A stretch of DNA of 63,999 nt. Source: Octopus bimaculoides (lineage: Eukaryota). The position numbers and the translations under genes are program-made. The DNA is taken from positions 167,685,529 to 167,749,527 of the forward strand of contig NC_068983.1 in NCBI RefSeq assembly GCF_001194135.2, read 5' to 3'. Positions within the stretch are counted from its first letter, which is position 1. Every line of letters begins with the position of its first letter. The notes below the pieces were generated by a model. That model did no database searches. It saw nothing but the letters and a program-made list of their open reading frames with translations, and was not told the DNA's origin. Of the stretch, positions 37,549-51,439 are shown piece by piece.

Positions 37549-40464
37549 GATATATATATATATATATTGACTGATTACATTTTAGTGAATATGATATACA
37601 AAGTTTGTTGGGCAAAACAAGAAGCAAACAAGTGATCACCTTCTGTGGAACTGAGTGACAAGATTTCTGTGTGATTCTGTTTTGGAGTTCAGTACTCCAG
37701 CTTTTTATAACCTTGGGTAAACTTCTAAAAGTTTCATAAATACAACTGGATAGGAATTTCACAAACGTCTGTTTTAAGTCTTTAGCCTTTACTCAATGTA
37801 TGTCAGTCAATACTAATTGATTGACTGACATTTGCAGAGCTGGTCATGCATAACGATTAGGCCATGGTTCTAAACTGAGAATCTGAGTGAGATGGTTTGA
37901 ATCTCGGCAGAAGCCTCACCCCAGGAGGAATAAATTGAAACAAACATTTAGGAAATTATATAAATATGTAGTCACACCTCCACTTTGGAAGTAGATAAAG
38001 ATTAAAGCCATTTTAGATGCTTATACAGTGATCACATGAATTCCATTCATAGCAAGATAACATTTAGATAATTGTTTTCTATTCTAATCTAGCTAAATTG
38101 ATTTTGTTTAAGCATCAAGTTGTAGTTGTGGCTGATGCTGGTCTCATGTACCTGGCACCTGTTTTGGTGGCATGGGAAAAGCACCTTTTGAGTGTTGGGA
38201 CTCATGGAGGCAATGACCGAGACCTTTGGCATTATGTTGTGCTTGAGAAGACCCATCAAGCTGAGCAAAATTGCAGTCGTGGCAGATACTGGTGTCACAC
38301 AAATGGCACCTGTGCTGGTGGCACATAAAAGCACCTATTACACTCTCGGGGTGGTTGGCATTAGGAAGGGCATCCAGCTGTAGAAACCATGCCATACTGA
38401 AATGGAGTCTGATGCACCCTTCTAACTTGCCAGCTCTGATCAAACCGTCCAGCCCATACTAGCATGGACAACAGATGTTAAATGATGATCTAATCAGTAT
38501 TACTATTAATTAAGCAATGGCATAGTGTTATACTTGGTATAAATTAATGTCACTTGTATCATATATGAATAAGCTGTTGGAGAAATTATACAGGATGCAA
38601 CCCTCCCCAAGAAAAACCCATTCCTACATTTTATAAGTTGACAGAAGTTTTGGCTACAAATGCACTGAATGTCCTGGTCTAAACCACAATAGTCGTCATT
38701 ATCATCATCATTATCATTTAACGTCTGTTTCCCACGCTGACACTGGTTGGATGGTTTGATAGGAACTAAGCCAGAGAGCTGCATCAGGCTCCGATTGTCT
38801 TTTTGGCATGGTCTCAACAGCTCGATGCCTTCCTAGCACCAACCACCTTACAGAGTGCACTTGTACTTTTTACATGACACCAGTGCTTTTTATGTGCCAC
38901 CATCACCAGTGCTTTTCTTGTGGTACTAGTACAGTAACTAAAACAAATAAAGAAACACAGTAAAACCATAGCTTCATAAAGACATTGATACCACCTGTCT
39001 AGTTTCACTAATGCCACACCAATGGCCATGTTGAATAGGAAGGTTTTTGCTATTGCAACCTATATGAAGGTAATTGTCTGTATCAGTGAAATGCATTCCT
39101 TAATTCTTTTACTTGTTGCAGTCATTAGACTATGACGATAGTAAGGCATTGGCCACAAGAGTTTAGTCTGTCAGCACTTATTTTAGTCTGGTCCTTATTT
39201 TATTAAATCTGTTTACTGAGCTGCTTGATGCCTGGAGCAAGGACCTTTTCCTATGGGTTTGCATTGAACCTAGAGGAAAAATTCCTTTTGAATTGAATTT
39301 GGTAGGTGGAAATTTGTGTGTGTTTGTTCACATGCACACACCTGTTTATGTTAATTGTTTGATTGTTGTATGTCTTCATGTTCCATAATTTATTATTTAA
39401 TATCCATTTTTCCATGCTGGTAGGGGTTGGATGAGTTGTTGCTATCTGACTCATTACTCTGAATAACAGATGACTCAAACTGTGATGACCCATCAACTTC
39501 CCATGTCGGCATGGGAACTGGCATAAAATAAGGTATGGAACATAATGAGATACAAAGAAACAAAAGATGTGGACACAAATGTCTGTAGAAAAAAAAGCTG
39601 CTGCACAGTTTCATTTACCAAATCCTATTCACGAGATGTTGTTCGATCTGATGTCACCTGCCTAAGGCACCATGCAGGGATATTGAATACATTTCAATTT
39701 TAACCAAAACAAACCATTCTGATCTAGAGTATACATGCATGCATGCACACACATGGCCACATGACACCTTGCTGTTGTGACCATTCCACTTCCTGTTATC
39801 AACGGATACTCTGTTCCAAAGCACTCTTCTACCAGTTTTCAGGTTTCATATCCTAGCACATGCACTCTGTGTTTTGTTTGTGTGTTTTGTTTACAGCATG
39901 ATGAGGCAATGTGGATTTGACTTCTACTCTCTTCTCCTCTTTCCATTTTCTCTTATTTTTACTCTTTATATGTGCATGTTTTTTTTTTAATTTAAAACGT
40001 AATCCTAGGTTAACTAACAATGGTATGATGGTTTTATATCTTTTTAAATCATAGTTTATTATCCTGTTTAACCCTTTTGATGCCAACCAGATTGATAATG
40101 CCTCTTGTTCCATGGTATAAACTTCCTGTTTTAAAGAGATTTAGATGGAAACCTTTCAAAATTTCATGTTAATTTATGTTCCAAACACCATTTGAATAAT
40201 GACAGTTATTTTACTATATTCTTCATTATTTTCAAAATTAATTAAAAGTAGTGTATTTAATCAAAAATATAACAAAAGGGTTAAATATTAACAACTTCCA
40301 ATTCTTTTGGAATTCAAAGCCTTTTTTAATGTACTTAACACTTTTAATTAATTTGCATACCATTTGGTTCCTGTAGACCTTTGACTTCATTTTGTCACTG
40401 TGTGTGTGTGTGTGGGTGAACACCTTTATTTTATTTTACTCTGCTTGATTCTGATTATCTTTAG

Positions 40465-40583
40465 CCAATTCTCTTCAAGCCGATGACAGTGGTTTCAGTT
40501 CTCTCACTTTGACTGAACGTGTGACAACTCTACAGAGACAAGTGGAACAGCTGGTTGTTGTGGTTAATTCTATTCAGCTCCAG
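40465..40583 (+). CDS. Exon 4: coiled coil
   Basis: CTTTAG|(A)NSLQADDSGFSSLTLTERVTTLQRQVEQLVVVVNSIQLQ CAG|GTAAAT. Phase 1 to 0. Heptad pattern. Confidence 0.85.
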
Positions 40584-42354
40584 GTAAATGTTGTAGTTAT
40601 GCTTCATATCATAGAGAAATCAATTTAGTTTCAGCTTGAAATATCCTTATTTATTATCTCAATGTTTTCATTTTTCATGCATACTTATACAATAAAAATC
40701 AAATTGTGCACATAATTTTGGTTTGGTTGTGTTCTATGGGGTCCTCATGTGAAATCATCAGAGATTCTGTGTTTTAGCATCTATGGCACATTTCCAGGAT
40801 TTTAGTGTTATTCATGACAATGGGGAGTGATTTAGTTGAAAAGAAATCCGAAGTTATTTTAATTTTGAGGCCTATCTCATTTCCCCACCCTCACAACTAG
40901 AATTTTATCATGTGAATAACTTGTAGCTCCTCCACAATAAGGAACCTGTCCTGTTCTGGTTCTTTCTCTCTACCCCCCCCCCCCCATCTCCTAGCATAAA
41001 GCCACCTCCCTCTTTATAGTAGCCCTACTCAGTGAAAGGGATCTTAGTTTTATGACCTCACTAGTGCTGGTGCTACAACAAAAACACCAAGTACCCTCTG
41101 TAAAGTGGTTGGCATTAAGAAAGGCATCCAACTGCAGAAACCATGCGAAAGCAGACATTGAGGTATGTTGCATTCATCAGACCTGTCAGATCCTGTCAAA
41201 CCATTGAGTCAGCATAGAAGATAAATGCTGATAATAATGATGATGGCCTTGGCCAGAGGCTCCGAGATTTTAAGGTCTTAAGTTTCAATCTTCCATGCCT
41301 TTAGGTTAATCTGGTCCTGGTGTAAGGTAGAAAACGTTTTCTGCAATATATGGAGCAGCAAAATAGAGATGATGATGATGATGATGATAGGAGAAACAAA
41401 AGAGAAATGACATGTTATTAGATAGATTGCATTAGTGGATAGGAAAAAGAGAGGCAGGCACAGTGTATGAGGGTTTTGGTGGTGGGGAATGAGGTTAAAG
41501 TCTGTATTGGTAAGATGCCATGAAGCACTAAATATTCTCCTACAATGCCTCAAAACTAAAGTAATTTATACTTCAAAATATTCCAGCATTGTAACATGCT
41601 TCTAAAATAGTTTTTAGATTTTATATATTGGAAAAAAAATTGTGAATATTTTTGGCAAATAATTTGCATAATTACAAAAAAAAGATGATTTGAACAAAAG
41701 AAATAGCTCAAGTTGGCCAGTGGCATAAAGTAAGTTAAATTAAGGAATAATGTTTTGAATGGATATGCAAAAAATTCTCAATGATTTGAAATTTTACTCT
41801 TAGCAGGAGGATGAAAACAAAAACCTAACGGTAATTGTTAGTGAGTGGTAAAGGCAATGAGGATAATTTTAAGAAATTAAGAATTCTATCATTAATTTAC
41901 ACATGTCTGTTTTGGCATGGTTTCTTTATCTGGATCATTTCCTAATGCCAACCAATTTATAGAGTGTACTGGATGGTTTTTTTTGTGATCCTTGCAACTC
42001 GCAAGACTAGATCCCTCAGCTGAGTGAGGCTGCAGTATTGAAGGAGGTGGCTTTATGACAGGTGAAAAAAGGTTAAAGTAAGACTGAGGGACAGGAACCG
42101 GTTTCTTGCCCTGGAGGCGATACATGGCTTTCCCATTTGGAAAGAGAGAAAGGAAAAAGATGGTAGTGATGTGGTGTTAGGACGTATTTAACACTACAAG
42201 GTACAAGAAAGTGAATATAAAAGAGAACAGAGGATGAGACAGGGTGAGTGGGTCGAGGAGATGATAGGTGGCAGCACAGATGATGTAAAGTGGAGGTTGC
42301 AAGGGAGATGCACTGTGATAGGGACAATATATGTGTGTATAAATGCGTGTGTGT

Positions 42355-44150
42355 GTGTGTAAAAGATTATAACGGCCGTATTTTACAACTGATCGCACTG
42401 AAATTTTACACATTGGTAAAAGACATTACAGTGGGTGCATCAGTTAAATTTCATAACATAATCATTAGTTTCAAAGTGAGATTTGCCCTTTTTTAATCAG
42501 AATCTTGATGGAAAATCCAATTTCAATAGTGCTTATTGGCTATTGTTCTGCAAATCACATATGAACAGCTGCTATGTTTGTCCAATCAGCACCAGAACAT
42601 TAATTGCATTAAGCTTTCTAAGTAATTTCATGAAAGAACATATGTGATTGCAGTAAAAATTGATATCATTCTAGAATGAACTGTACTCGAACACGTGCAT
42701 CCAGGCATGTCATTCTGTGTTTAATAAATAAACTGACACAAGAGAGTAAGAAGACAAAACAGTTATTTTGAATAAGTAAAAATGAAATACAATATTAACT
42801 TTAATGAATAAATGGCACTAATTGGCAATCAATTAACTGTGTGAATATTTTCTCACAACAAAATTCAATTGTCAGTAGAAAACGACAAATTGATTGGTAA
42901 TTGAATGTGGAAATTTGAGTGACAAATATCTAAAACTTTAGCTAACAATTTTTTTATATAAAACAAAAAATGAGTGGTATTTTTCGACTTTTGTGTGACT
43001 CACTTCATTTGACACGTACATGTCCATTGTTTGTTCTTTAATTCCATTTCATGAAGGAATATTAGTATCAACAGTTGGAATTATGAGTTATTTTTTACCA
43101 GTAAGCATAATTGAATGATATTTTGGCAAATTCTTCTTATCATTTTTAAGAATTTTACAGATCAAATTCATCGGTTACATTCTAAAAAAAGCACTGTTCT
43201 GTTGGCTTTGTCAGCTTATTCATCCACAAGGTTTACTACTTTATTGCTCAACATTGTATATTGCTAAACCCTATATTCCATTTGAAGTTTTCCAGTTACG
43301 AGGACTTAAATAATTTTATTTATAAAGACTTTTCATTACTTCCAAATTAATAAATGGTAATATTAATGCTAACCTCCTTTTTTCTGAAAGGAAGCCCGGT
43401 TTTGGCTGTCTTTCATTTTCAGAGAAGTCCTACAAACCATTTTGATTTGCATATTCTTTTTATTTAAAATTCACACTTAAGTGTTGATATTTCTTAGAAA
43501 TATCCTTTGCCTTCTGCTACCTGTCAGTGCACTGGTGTTTGCATTGATTCTTTACATTTTATCACAATTGCACTTTTGTTCGATAGAATATTGATTATCT
43601 CGAAATACATTCTGTCCACACATGCTTATAGATGTGAAGGCTCATTAACAACTGTCTGCATCCAAAGCCATTTGGTGCTTACAATACCATTGCAAATAAC
43701 TGTGCACTGAAGCACAGTTTTGTGTTGAAATACCATATTGAGTGGTTGCAAGCAGCAATGAGGTAAATTTAATTGATTTTTTTAAAGATTCATTCAAATA
43801 CAGATTTTCGATAGGATGCCTTGAAAAAACAACAGTCACATTGGCAGAAAAACAAAAAAAATGTTTCCGTTTTGTGTTCCTTGCAGACAAGTGAGACAGA
43901 AGAACAACATGTGGTTCAGCGTGTTCACAATGCTGCTTCGGCTTCAACTGCCAGAGCACCCAGAACTCTGAAATGCTTGCAATGCTACCTCTGATTTGAT
44001 TGCCAGAGCATCACAGACATCTCTGCAAGCAGAACTGTGGTGTGCTTGCAATGGTGCTTCTACTGCAGTTGCCAGAGCCTCACAGACAGAAGCGGAATTA
44101 CACTATTTCAAACTCCAGTCCTATCATTATCTGGCACCATCCAATGGACG
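42355..44150 (+). mobile_element. Helitron remnant (5' region and RepHel N-terminal repeats)
   Basis: Decayed repeats TSETEEQHVVQRVHNAASASTARA, ARASQTSLQAE and ARASQTEAELH, resembling Helitron N-terminal RAxETxEQ repeats; contains stops. Confidence 0.55.
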
Positions 44151-44170
44151 GGGGTGGTGGGCATTTGCTA

Positions 44171-44207
<37 letters not shown>

Positions 44208-44344
44208 CATATCATCATCATCATCATCGTCGTTTAACGTCCGCTTTCCATGCTAGCATGGGTTGGACAAATTTACATTTCTGAATATTTATTTCCTGCG
44301 GCAAGAGTTTCCTTTTAATAATTTTATTAATATTTACCCTTTAG

Positions 44345-44476
44345 AACACTAAAATGGCACAGCGTATTGCACAACTGGAAACCTGTGAATGCCTCCCCAA
44401 ATGTACATACAATGGCAAAACGTTTGGTGAGAAAGAAACATGGCAACCAGACACCTGTACTCTATGCCACTGTCAG
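44345..44476 (+). CDS. Exon 5: end of coiled coil, CxC and start of VWC
   Basis: CTTTAG|NTKMAQRIAQLETCECLPKCTYNGKTFGEKETWQPDTCTLCHCQ|GTATGT. Phase 0 to 0. Confidence 0.9.
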
Positions 44477-44722
44477 GTATGTTGAGCCAATATGTCTTGT
44501 TCTGCAACACTCTGTTTAAATAATCTCAATCTTTTAGAAGGCAGTATTGGTCATATTTGGAAGCCCTGATTTATTATATATTATGATATACAATGATAAC
44601 TAGCTGATGTAGGATACAACATTAAACATTCTGTAACCTTTAGTTTACAAATTAAACATTTAATGTTAATTTTTAAGTTGTTGACTGATATTATAATGTT
44701 TGCATTATTTTAATTTTATTAG

Positions 44723-44771
44723 GAAGGAAAACCTGATTGCAAAGTGAGGGCTGATATTCCTGGTTGTTCAG
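44723..44771 (+). CDS. Exon 6: end of the truncated VWC
   Basis: TTATTAG|EGKPDCKVRADIPGCS G|GTATGG. Phase 0 to 1. Confidence 0.85.
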
Positions 44772-45079
44772 GTATGGCTTTTATTCTTCTAGTAAAATCC
44801 AAGAAAGCAAAATACATGATTTAGAACAATTGCAAAAACAAAGTGTAAATTAGTTAAAATTTTGTGTGTGTGAAAATTGTGTTTTAACATAAGTATTATG
44901 TTAAAAGTTGTTGTAAGTTCAATCTTCGTTGGCAGCAGAGATTTTACTTCACCCTAATTTGCAATGAAGATTAAATATAGTCTTCCATGCAAACATCTTA
45001 ATAATTAATAATGTAAAAAAGACATGAACTTTTGAAAAACCCAAGAAAAATAGGAAAATCGAAATCCTACAAGAAATAT

Positions 45080-45830
45080 TTATTGACAGAAATTAAACAA
45101 CTTGCTTTTAAGAATCAGTAATCCAAAATATTAATGTCTGAAAATTGCATCTTGTAGATGTTCTCCTCTATTTGTACATTCTGCCAATCTGTTGTTGCGG
45201 CTCCTCATTGCTTGGTGCAATAACTCAGTTGATATACCATGAATTTCATCTTGAATTGTTTGTTTCACATCCAGTGTCCTTGGCTGAGCCACGTAGACCC
45301 AACTCTTTAGATAGCCGCACAAGAAAAGATCACAAATGGACAAATCCAATGATCTTGCGGGGTCAGTGAATGTCACCGAATCTTGAAATGACATGATTAC
45401 TGAACAAATCTCACACAGGTGTCGTTGATTGCCTTGTGTGTGATGTCACGCTATCCTGTGGAAACCAAACTTTGTGAAGTTGTGGAAAATTGTTTCATAC
45501 TGGTGCAACAAAAGATTGCAGCATCTCAACATATTGATCTGAAGTGACAGTCATTGTGACCCCCTATTCATTTTCGAAAAAGTAAGATCCGATGACCCCA
45601 TGTGACAAAACTGCACACCATACTGTCATCTTGCTGCTGTGTAAAGGGCATTCATGAAGTCCTTTAGGGTTGCTGTTTGCTCAGTAATGATAGTTCTGCT
45701 TGTTCACATAACCTGTGAGATGACAATGGGCATCATTTGACGTCCACAGCTTCTCCAGAAATTTGTTTTTCTTCATGTGACACTGTTTATTCAAGCATGA
45801 CCAAGCTTTATCCACATCAGCAAATGTACT
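45080..45830 (-). mobile_element. Tc1/mariner transposase fragment (rosa/DD41D-like)
   Basis: PARSLDLSICDLFLCGYLKSWVYVAQPRTL...GEHLQDAIF on the minus strand. Confidence 0.8.
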
Positions 45831-45848
45831 GTATGCTGTTTTAATAAA

Positions 45849-46211
45849 AACAAGAGCACTCAGAGAGTGCAAGCCTCTGCCAAGTCAACACCAACATCCT
45901 CTCAACAATTAGCTGGAGATGATTTTTAAAATGAGAATATCTGAAATAAACTCAACTGCTCTCACAAACGAGAATACTAAAAATGAACCTGATCATTCTC
46001 AAAAATTAATTAAAAAAACAGGAAAAATAATCCAGAATCCTTGTCTGGTACCAGATTGACCCCAAAATCTAATGAATTTGTGCCAGTTACGAGGTTGAAC
46101 CTCTCTGGAAGTTTCATCTGAATCCATCCAGCGGTTCTTGAGATATCTTGTCCATGGACAAACAAACACAACTGAAAACAATATCTCCGCCTTTGCTAAG
46201 GCAGAGGTAAT
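45849..46211 (+). mobile_element. HINE/DINE-like Helentron-associated non-autonomous element
   Basis: Starts AACAAGAG; subterminal inverted repeat CCTCTGCC / GGCAGAGG; 3' stem-loop CTCCGCCTTTGCTAAGGCAGAG. Confidence 0.55.
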
Positions 46212-46433
46212 AATTTGGTTTTTATCAGGCATGGAAAAAAGAGAGATTAAACAAATAACTGAATAACATATATAATCAAAGATATTGTTGTCGTCCTCAT
46301 CCTCATTCTACATCCACTCTTCCATACTAGCATGGTTTGGATAGGAATCTTTGATGCAATAGTTTATTGCCAGACACCCATTTTGAAGGCACTGATATAT
46401 GTATATCTATATCTATATATACATATATATACG

Positions 46434-46464
<31 letters not shown>

Positions 46465-46702
46465 ACGCACACACGCACACACACACGATAGGCTTGGCAG
46501 CATTTCTGTCCATTGAATTCACTCACAAGGAATGACCAAGGGCAATTGTAGAAGGGACTTGTCCAAGATGATGCCCCACGGTGGGTCGTATACCTTTTTT
46601 TGTAGTTCAAGCAAAATAAATATCATACAAAATATTTTCAAAAATCTAAACTGATTGATTCTGATGATTTTACTCTCTTTAACATATTCTTTTCTTTTGT
46701 AG

Positions 46703-46924
46703 AGCCATGTAGCAGTTCACCTTGTAAACATGGTGGATCGTGTGTTGGAAGCAAATCAAATGGTACATTCAAATGTCTCTGTCCAACACCCTTCAGCGGT
46801 ACTCTCTGTGAGACCTGGGTCAATCCTTATGTCTGGCCTGCTGACTCTGGTTACTGCCATGAAACCTATGAAGCATATTACTTTGATCGTAATAAAAATC
46901 AATGCCTTACATTTAATTATACAG
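46703..46924 (+). CDS. Exon 7: EGF-like domain and first half of a Kunitz domain
   Basis: TTTGTAG|(E)PCSSSPCKHGGSCVGSKSNGTFKCLCPTPFSGTLCE (6-Cys EGF), then TWVNPYVWPADSGYCHETYEAYYFDRNKNQCLTFNYT G|GTATGG. Phase 1 to 1. Confidence 0.92.
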
Positions 46925-47419
46925 GTATGGCACTTTTATTACCTTTACAAACCAACTACTACATGATTATTTTACTCAGTGTATATTTTTCAAGTTGAAG
47001 CATACAAATAGTGCATTAACTCTTTTGGTACCAACCAGTCCAAGACTGTTTTCGGTTCTCTGATACAAACTTTGTTACAAATTGACTTAAATTAACACTT
47101 TCCATCAAAATTCCATGTTGATCTATGTTCCAAACTCCAGTTTAATAACAATAAAGTTATTGTATTAAATCCTTCATTATTTTCAAAATTATTTGAAATG
47201 AAGACAATATGTTTCAACTGAAATACGGTAACAAAAGTTTATAGAAATAAGCAGACAGCTTCTTATAATGTGATGGAACAACCAATGATTTTATCAATTC
47301 CTTATAGATTTTGGGTAAATCAACCATTTACAGGGGTTGATTGTACCTCTGTTCAATATTACAAGGTAGCAATTGTTAGCAATAAAATATTAAATGCTAT
47401 TAATTGTTAGTTTGCAATA

Positions 47420-47545
47420 GTTTGTTCCTAGCTTGTAATAATTCATTGCAAGCAGTTGCTAGCCTGCAATAATTCATTGCTAGCTTGTAAGAATGCATTA
47501 ATAGCAATTGCTAGCATGTGATCATTTGTTGTTAGCTTGTAGATA
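47420..47545. repeat. Degenerate TTGCTAGCTTGTAATAATTCA-like minisatellite
   Basis: Recurrent TTGCTAGC units. Confidence 0.6.
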
Positions 47546-50500
47546 TTTGTTGCTACTTTTCTTTGTAGATGTGTTATTCATGCAAGATACAGAAGAAACT
47601 GATTCTCCCCCAAACACAACAAGTTCCCTGCATCATTTCTTTTATTATTTCACAATACTTGATGGGAACTTCTACACTCTTCTAAAACATTTCATTATCT
47701 ACAAACTTCATTCATTTACAAAATCTATCTTTAAGATTTAATTATTGCTCTTAATCAAATCTAAAATATGCCTTTGTGATAAATTAAGATTGTAAGGACA
47801 TATTTCACTAATTCTTCTCAAATCTGAATATAGCAATTGTATTTTTATGTAATATCCTCATTGTCCACTTTCCATACTGCCATGGGTTGGATAGTTTGTC
47901 CTGGTCCAAATAAGATCTTATTAGCATTTCCTACCCTTTTGGATAGGTTGGGGACTGTATTTCACCCGTGCATTGCATTTTTGGTATTGTTTCTGATTGT
48001 ATGCCCTGCTTAATGCCACCCACTTAACAGACTATAGGGAGTGCATTTTATGATAAAGCCCCAGCTCTAGTAAGGTTGCTTTGTCCCCTGCAGGATGAAA
48101 GGGTTTTCACTACTCAGTGTTGTTTTCATTTGTTTCCGACATAGGGAGGGAGAGGGGTGAAGGTGATAGAAGTAAAAGTAATGAAAGTGAGGAGGTGAAG
48201 GGAGAAATGATGACACATATCAGCAAAGATCACACACACACACACCCACACACGAGTAGTACAGGATGACAGCACAAGTAGAATTCAAAATATGAATATA
48301 TTATTTTTAATCAGCAGAAGTTACAAAGTGACTCAAAAGCTGAGCATTTTATGCATGGCCACTTATCAAATTTTGAATTTTATCCACACACACACACAGA
48401 TATTTAGATGCATTCATTTTTGAGATATTTCTGAAACAGGAAGTGAGTCATGTTTTGAGAATATTTGCTACAGCACCTCAAAATATTAGATTTTATGCTC
48501 TTCTGAAAGTCTCATATGTAGTAATATAATATGACAATACCACTATTTGTATAAGTATGTGGTGTCTGTTTTTGTTCATCATTTAGTCTTAGACTTGGCA
48601 TTAACAGATGGCTCTGCTGGTGTTAAGAGGAACAGAAAGCTTGCAGGTTCTACTATAAACATAAGGTGTTTTTTCGCTTTCCTGATGGTTGTGTAGCAAG
48701 TATTACAGATGTGGAAAGTACCTATCAGTTAGTGACAGGGGGTGACTTGCTCCCTGGTGTGTGGGCAGTGTTCTTTAACTGCATTGGGTTTTCTTTTAGT
48801 TGTGTGATGGAGATGCAATGAAGAATGTCTAGAAAGATGGTTTTGGTCACCCACTGAGCTCTTTCAGATGAGTTGGAGCCAAATCATATTTTACATGAAG
48901 AGTCGTCAAATACTTGAGGGGTTTCACTGAAGCATTAAGATGATGTGTGGTGTGATGATAGTTTACAATTGTTGACTAAAGGCTATGTTTGAAGATGAGG
49001 AAGAGGTCAACAGAACTTATGGAATCAATGTGTTGGTCATGGATAAATGTAGGCTGTCCTTTTTCATTCATTCTANNNNNNNNNNCTAGCAGTCTCTTGA
49101 TTCTTCTATTTTCACTTCCACTCACCACCTACATTGACGGCCCATAAAGATACTTCACCCCTGCTATTTTTATCTCTTCCCCACTCCACCCTGCTCCCTT
49201 CATCCCTTCTCTATAATAACTATTACTTAAACATTTTCTCGCACTGTCTCTAATGATGGGATATATAAAATACCCTGGAAACAACTGTAAGACCTTCTCT
49301 TGATAAATGTTCTGAAAACTATTCACAGCCTTGGATTTTTTACCCCATTCTGTTAATTTTTATATATATGCTTGCTAATACACAACCCACGTTGGACTCC
49401 TCATTCATATCATTATTACCTGATACCTTTGGGTCTTTTTGTCACCAGTACCTCTCATACCCCCTACACACACACACACATCATGATGATGATATGTCTA
49501 GGTGTGTTGTTTGTGTTGTACCCTGTCATGTGATGATTGTAAATGTGCATTGTCATTATATAAGCGAGGTTGTTTTTTGTGAAAAAAGCATGTCTGATCA
49601 TGGGAAATATTACCTTGCTTATAAACAGGTGAGGCCTGGCAACAGGAAAGGCATTGGCTTGTAGAAAATCTGCCTCAATGAATTCTATTTGACCCATGCA
49701 AGCATGGAAAAGTGAACATTAAAGCAATGATGCTGATGTATGTTATGAAAGTTAAGCGTGTGTGAATGGGATTCACCATTTAGGCAATTGACTTTGACAA
49801 GATGTATTTAGTTTTCAGCAGACAATGGTAAAAGAAATATTAAAAGCCATTTTAACATTGAATTAAATATTAAAACAACTTCCTTAAAAATACAGAAATA
49901 AAACTAAACCTACTGTCTGAACGTATTCCATTTGTTTGTAGCTGTATATGAGTAGATATTTTGTGAAAATGCTTGGAATAATTCTTTAATTGGTGTCATT
50001 TCTAAACACTTCAGAAATAGTTTTTCAGTTGGCATTCTATGACACTTAGGAACCAACCAGTTACACTGTATAATTTGACCTTTTTTTTTTTTGTCACAAT
50101 TTTATTCTTATTTTATTTATTTAGTTTTTGTCCTAATATTATGAGTTATAAAATGAAATACCCAAAGAGGCAGGTCGTTGTTTATTCTTGTTCTTTGAAT
50201 ATTTGGCTTAGTGTAGCACAAGAGGGAGAGTTCTTTGCAAGAAGAGGAAAACTGTAGGATTTATATTTACTTGTATATGTGTGTTTGTGTCTTTGAAGAG
50301 AGCCTGATAAAAATATAGATGAAAATAGTAGAATTACTTTGACATTTAAGATGATGTTGAAGCTTACAAGATTAATGTAACAGTTTGTGTGTATATGTGT
50401 TAGGGAGGAGGAGGGAGGTTTAAAGGGAAATATGTGTGCATTTACACTTTGTTGTAATAAAGAGCTATTTTACCAATAATATGTGAATATTAAGGTTTTA

Positions 50501-51296
50501 TGGGATAGTTTATCATTTTTGTGAAATTTGGCTGCATTTTCAACAATTATTATATCACAACTAATGATGTTGTTTTCACAAGAAAAAAAGGTTTTATTGA
50601 AAAAACAAAAAAGTGTTTTTTTATTTATAAAAAGCATTTTCATAAAACAACATTTACTAAAAGTAGGAGAGTCATATCTTTAATTTGAAGTGCAACATGT
50701 CTGATTTGGCAGGTTTTTCACAAAATAAATTTTGCAAAAAGGAAAAAAGAAAATGAAAATTATATTTTCTGACCAATTTGTGCTGTTTATCAGTGTAAAG
50801 TTCACTTCCAACAGAATTTTTAGTTTGTGGGAAACGCACATGGCTAATTTTGCACATGTGCACACAAACACATGCACACTTTCACTACCACCATCATCAT
50901 CATCATGATTAGTTTGATGTTCATTTCCCCATGTTTTCATGGGTCATGTGGAATTTACTGAGACAGATTTTCTACAAGTGGATGCTCTTCCTGTTGCCAA
51001 CCCTCACCTATTTCCAAACAAGCTTCCATTTCCCCTTGGCCAGACATATTTTGCAGAAGACTGGAAAGGAACGACATTGCTTCTGGGATGGTGTTATTTG
51101 CTTACATCTGTTACATGATGCCAAGACAAGGGCACACACACACACGTGCATGCACAATGGGCTTCTTTCAGTTTCCATCTATCAAAGCTTTGTTCATTTT
51201 CAGTCTTCTGTGAAATGCATCTGGCCGTTGGGGAAATATTCTATTGCATGGATTGTGAACTTATGATTCTTATCTATTTTTCAAATTGCTTTCCAG

Positions 51297-51439
51297 GTTG
51301 TGGTGGCAATGTGAACAATTTCAAATCATTGGAAGAATGTCAGAAGAATACCCTGTTTGGCGCTTGCTGTATTTACCAATATTCTATAAAAAGAGAAGAC
51401 ATAATAAATGGAAAGCAATCTGCTCAGAAAAGCTGTCAG
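51297..51439 (+). CDS. Exon 8: second half of Kunitz and start of a Cys-rich module
   Basis: TTCCAG|(G)CGGNVNNFKSLEECQKNTLFGACCIYQYSIKREDIINGKQSAQKSCQ|GTCTGT. Phase 1 to 0. Confidence 0.88.

Noticed and set aside
37800-37831. 12-bp perfect hairpin (TGTCAGTCAAT / ATTGACTGACA)
   Set aside because: It is too short for a pre-miRNA, and such stems are expected by chance in 64 kb of AT-rich DNA.
43887-44130. Apparent exon after a strong acceptor (TTCCTTGCAG|ACAAGTGAG) between exons 4 and 5
   Set aside because: The frame hits a stop with no suitable donor, the peptide resembles Helitron RAxETxEQ repeats, and exons 4 and 5 already join in phase as a continuous coiled coil.
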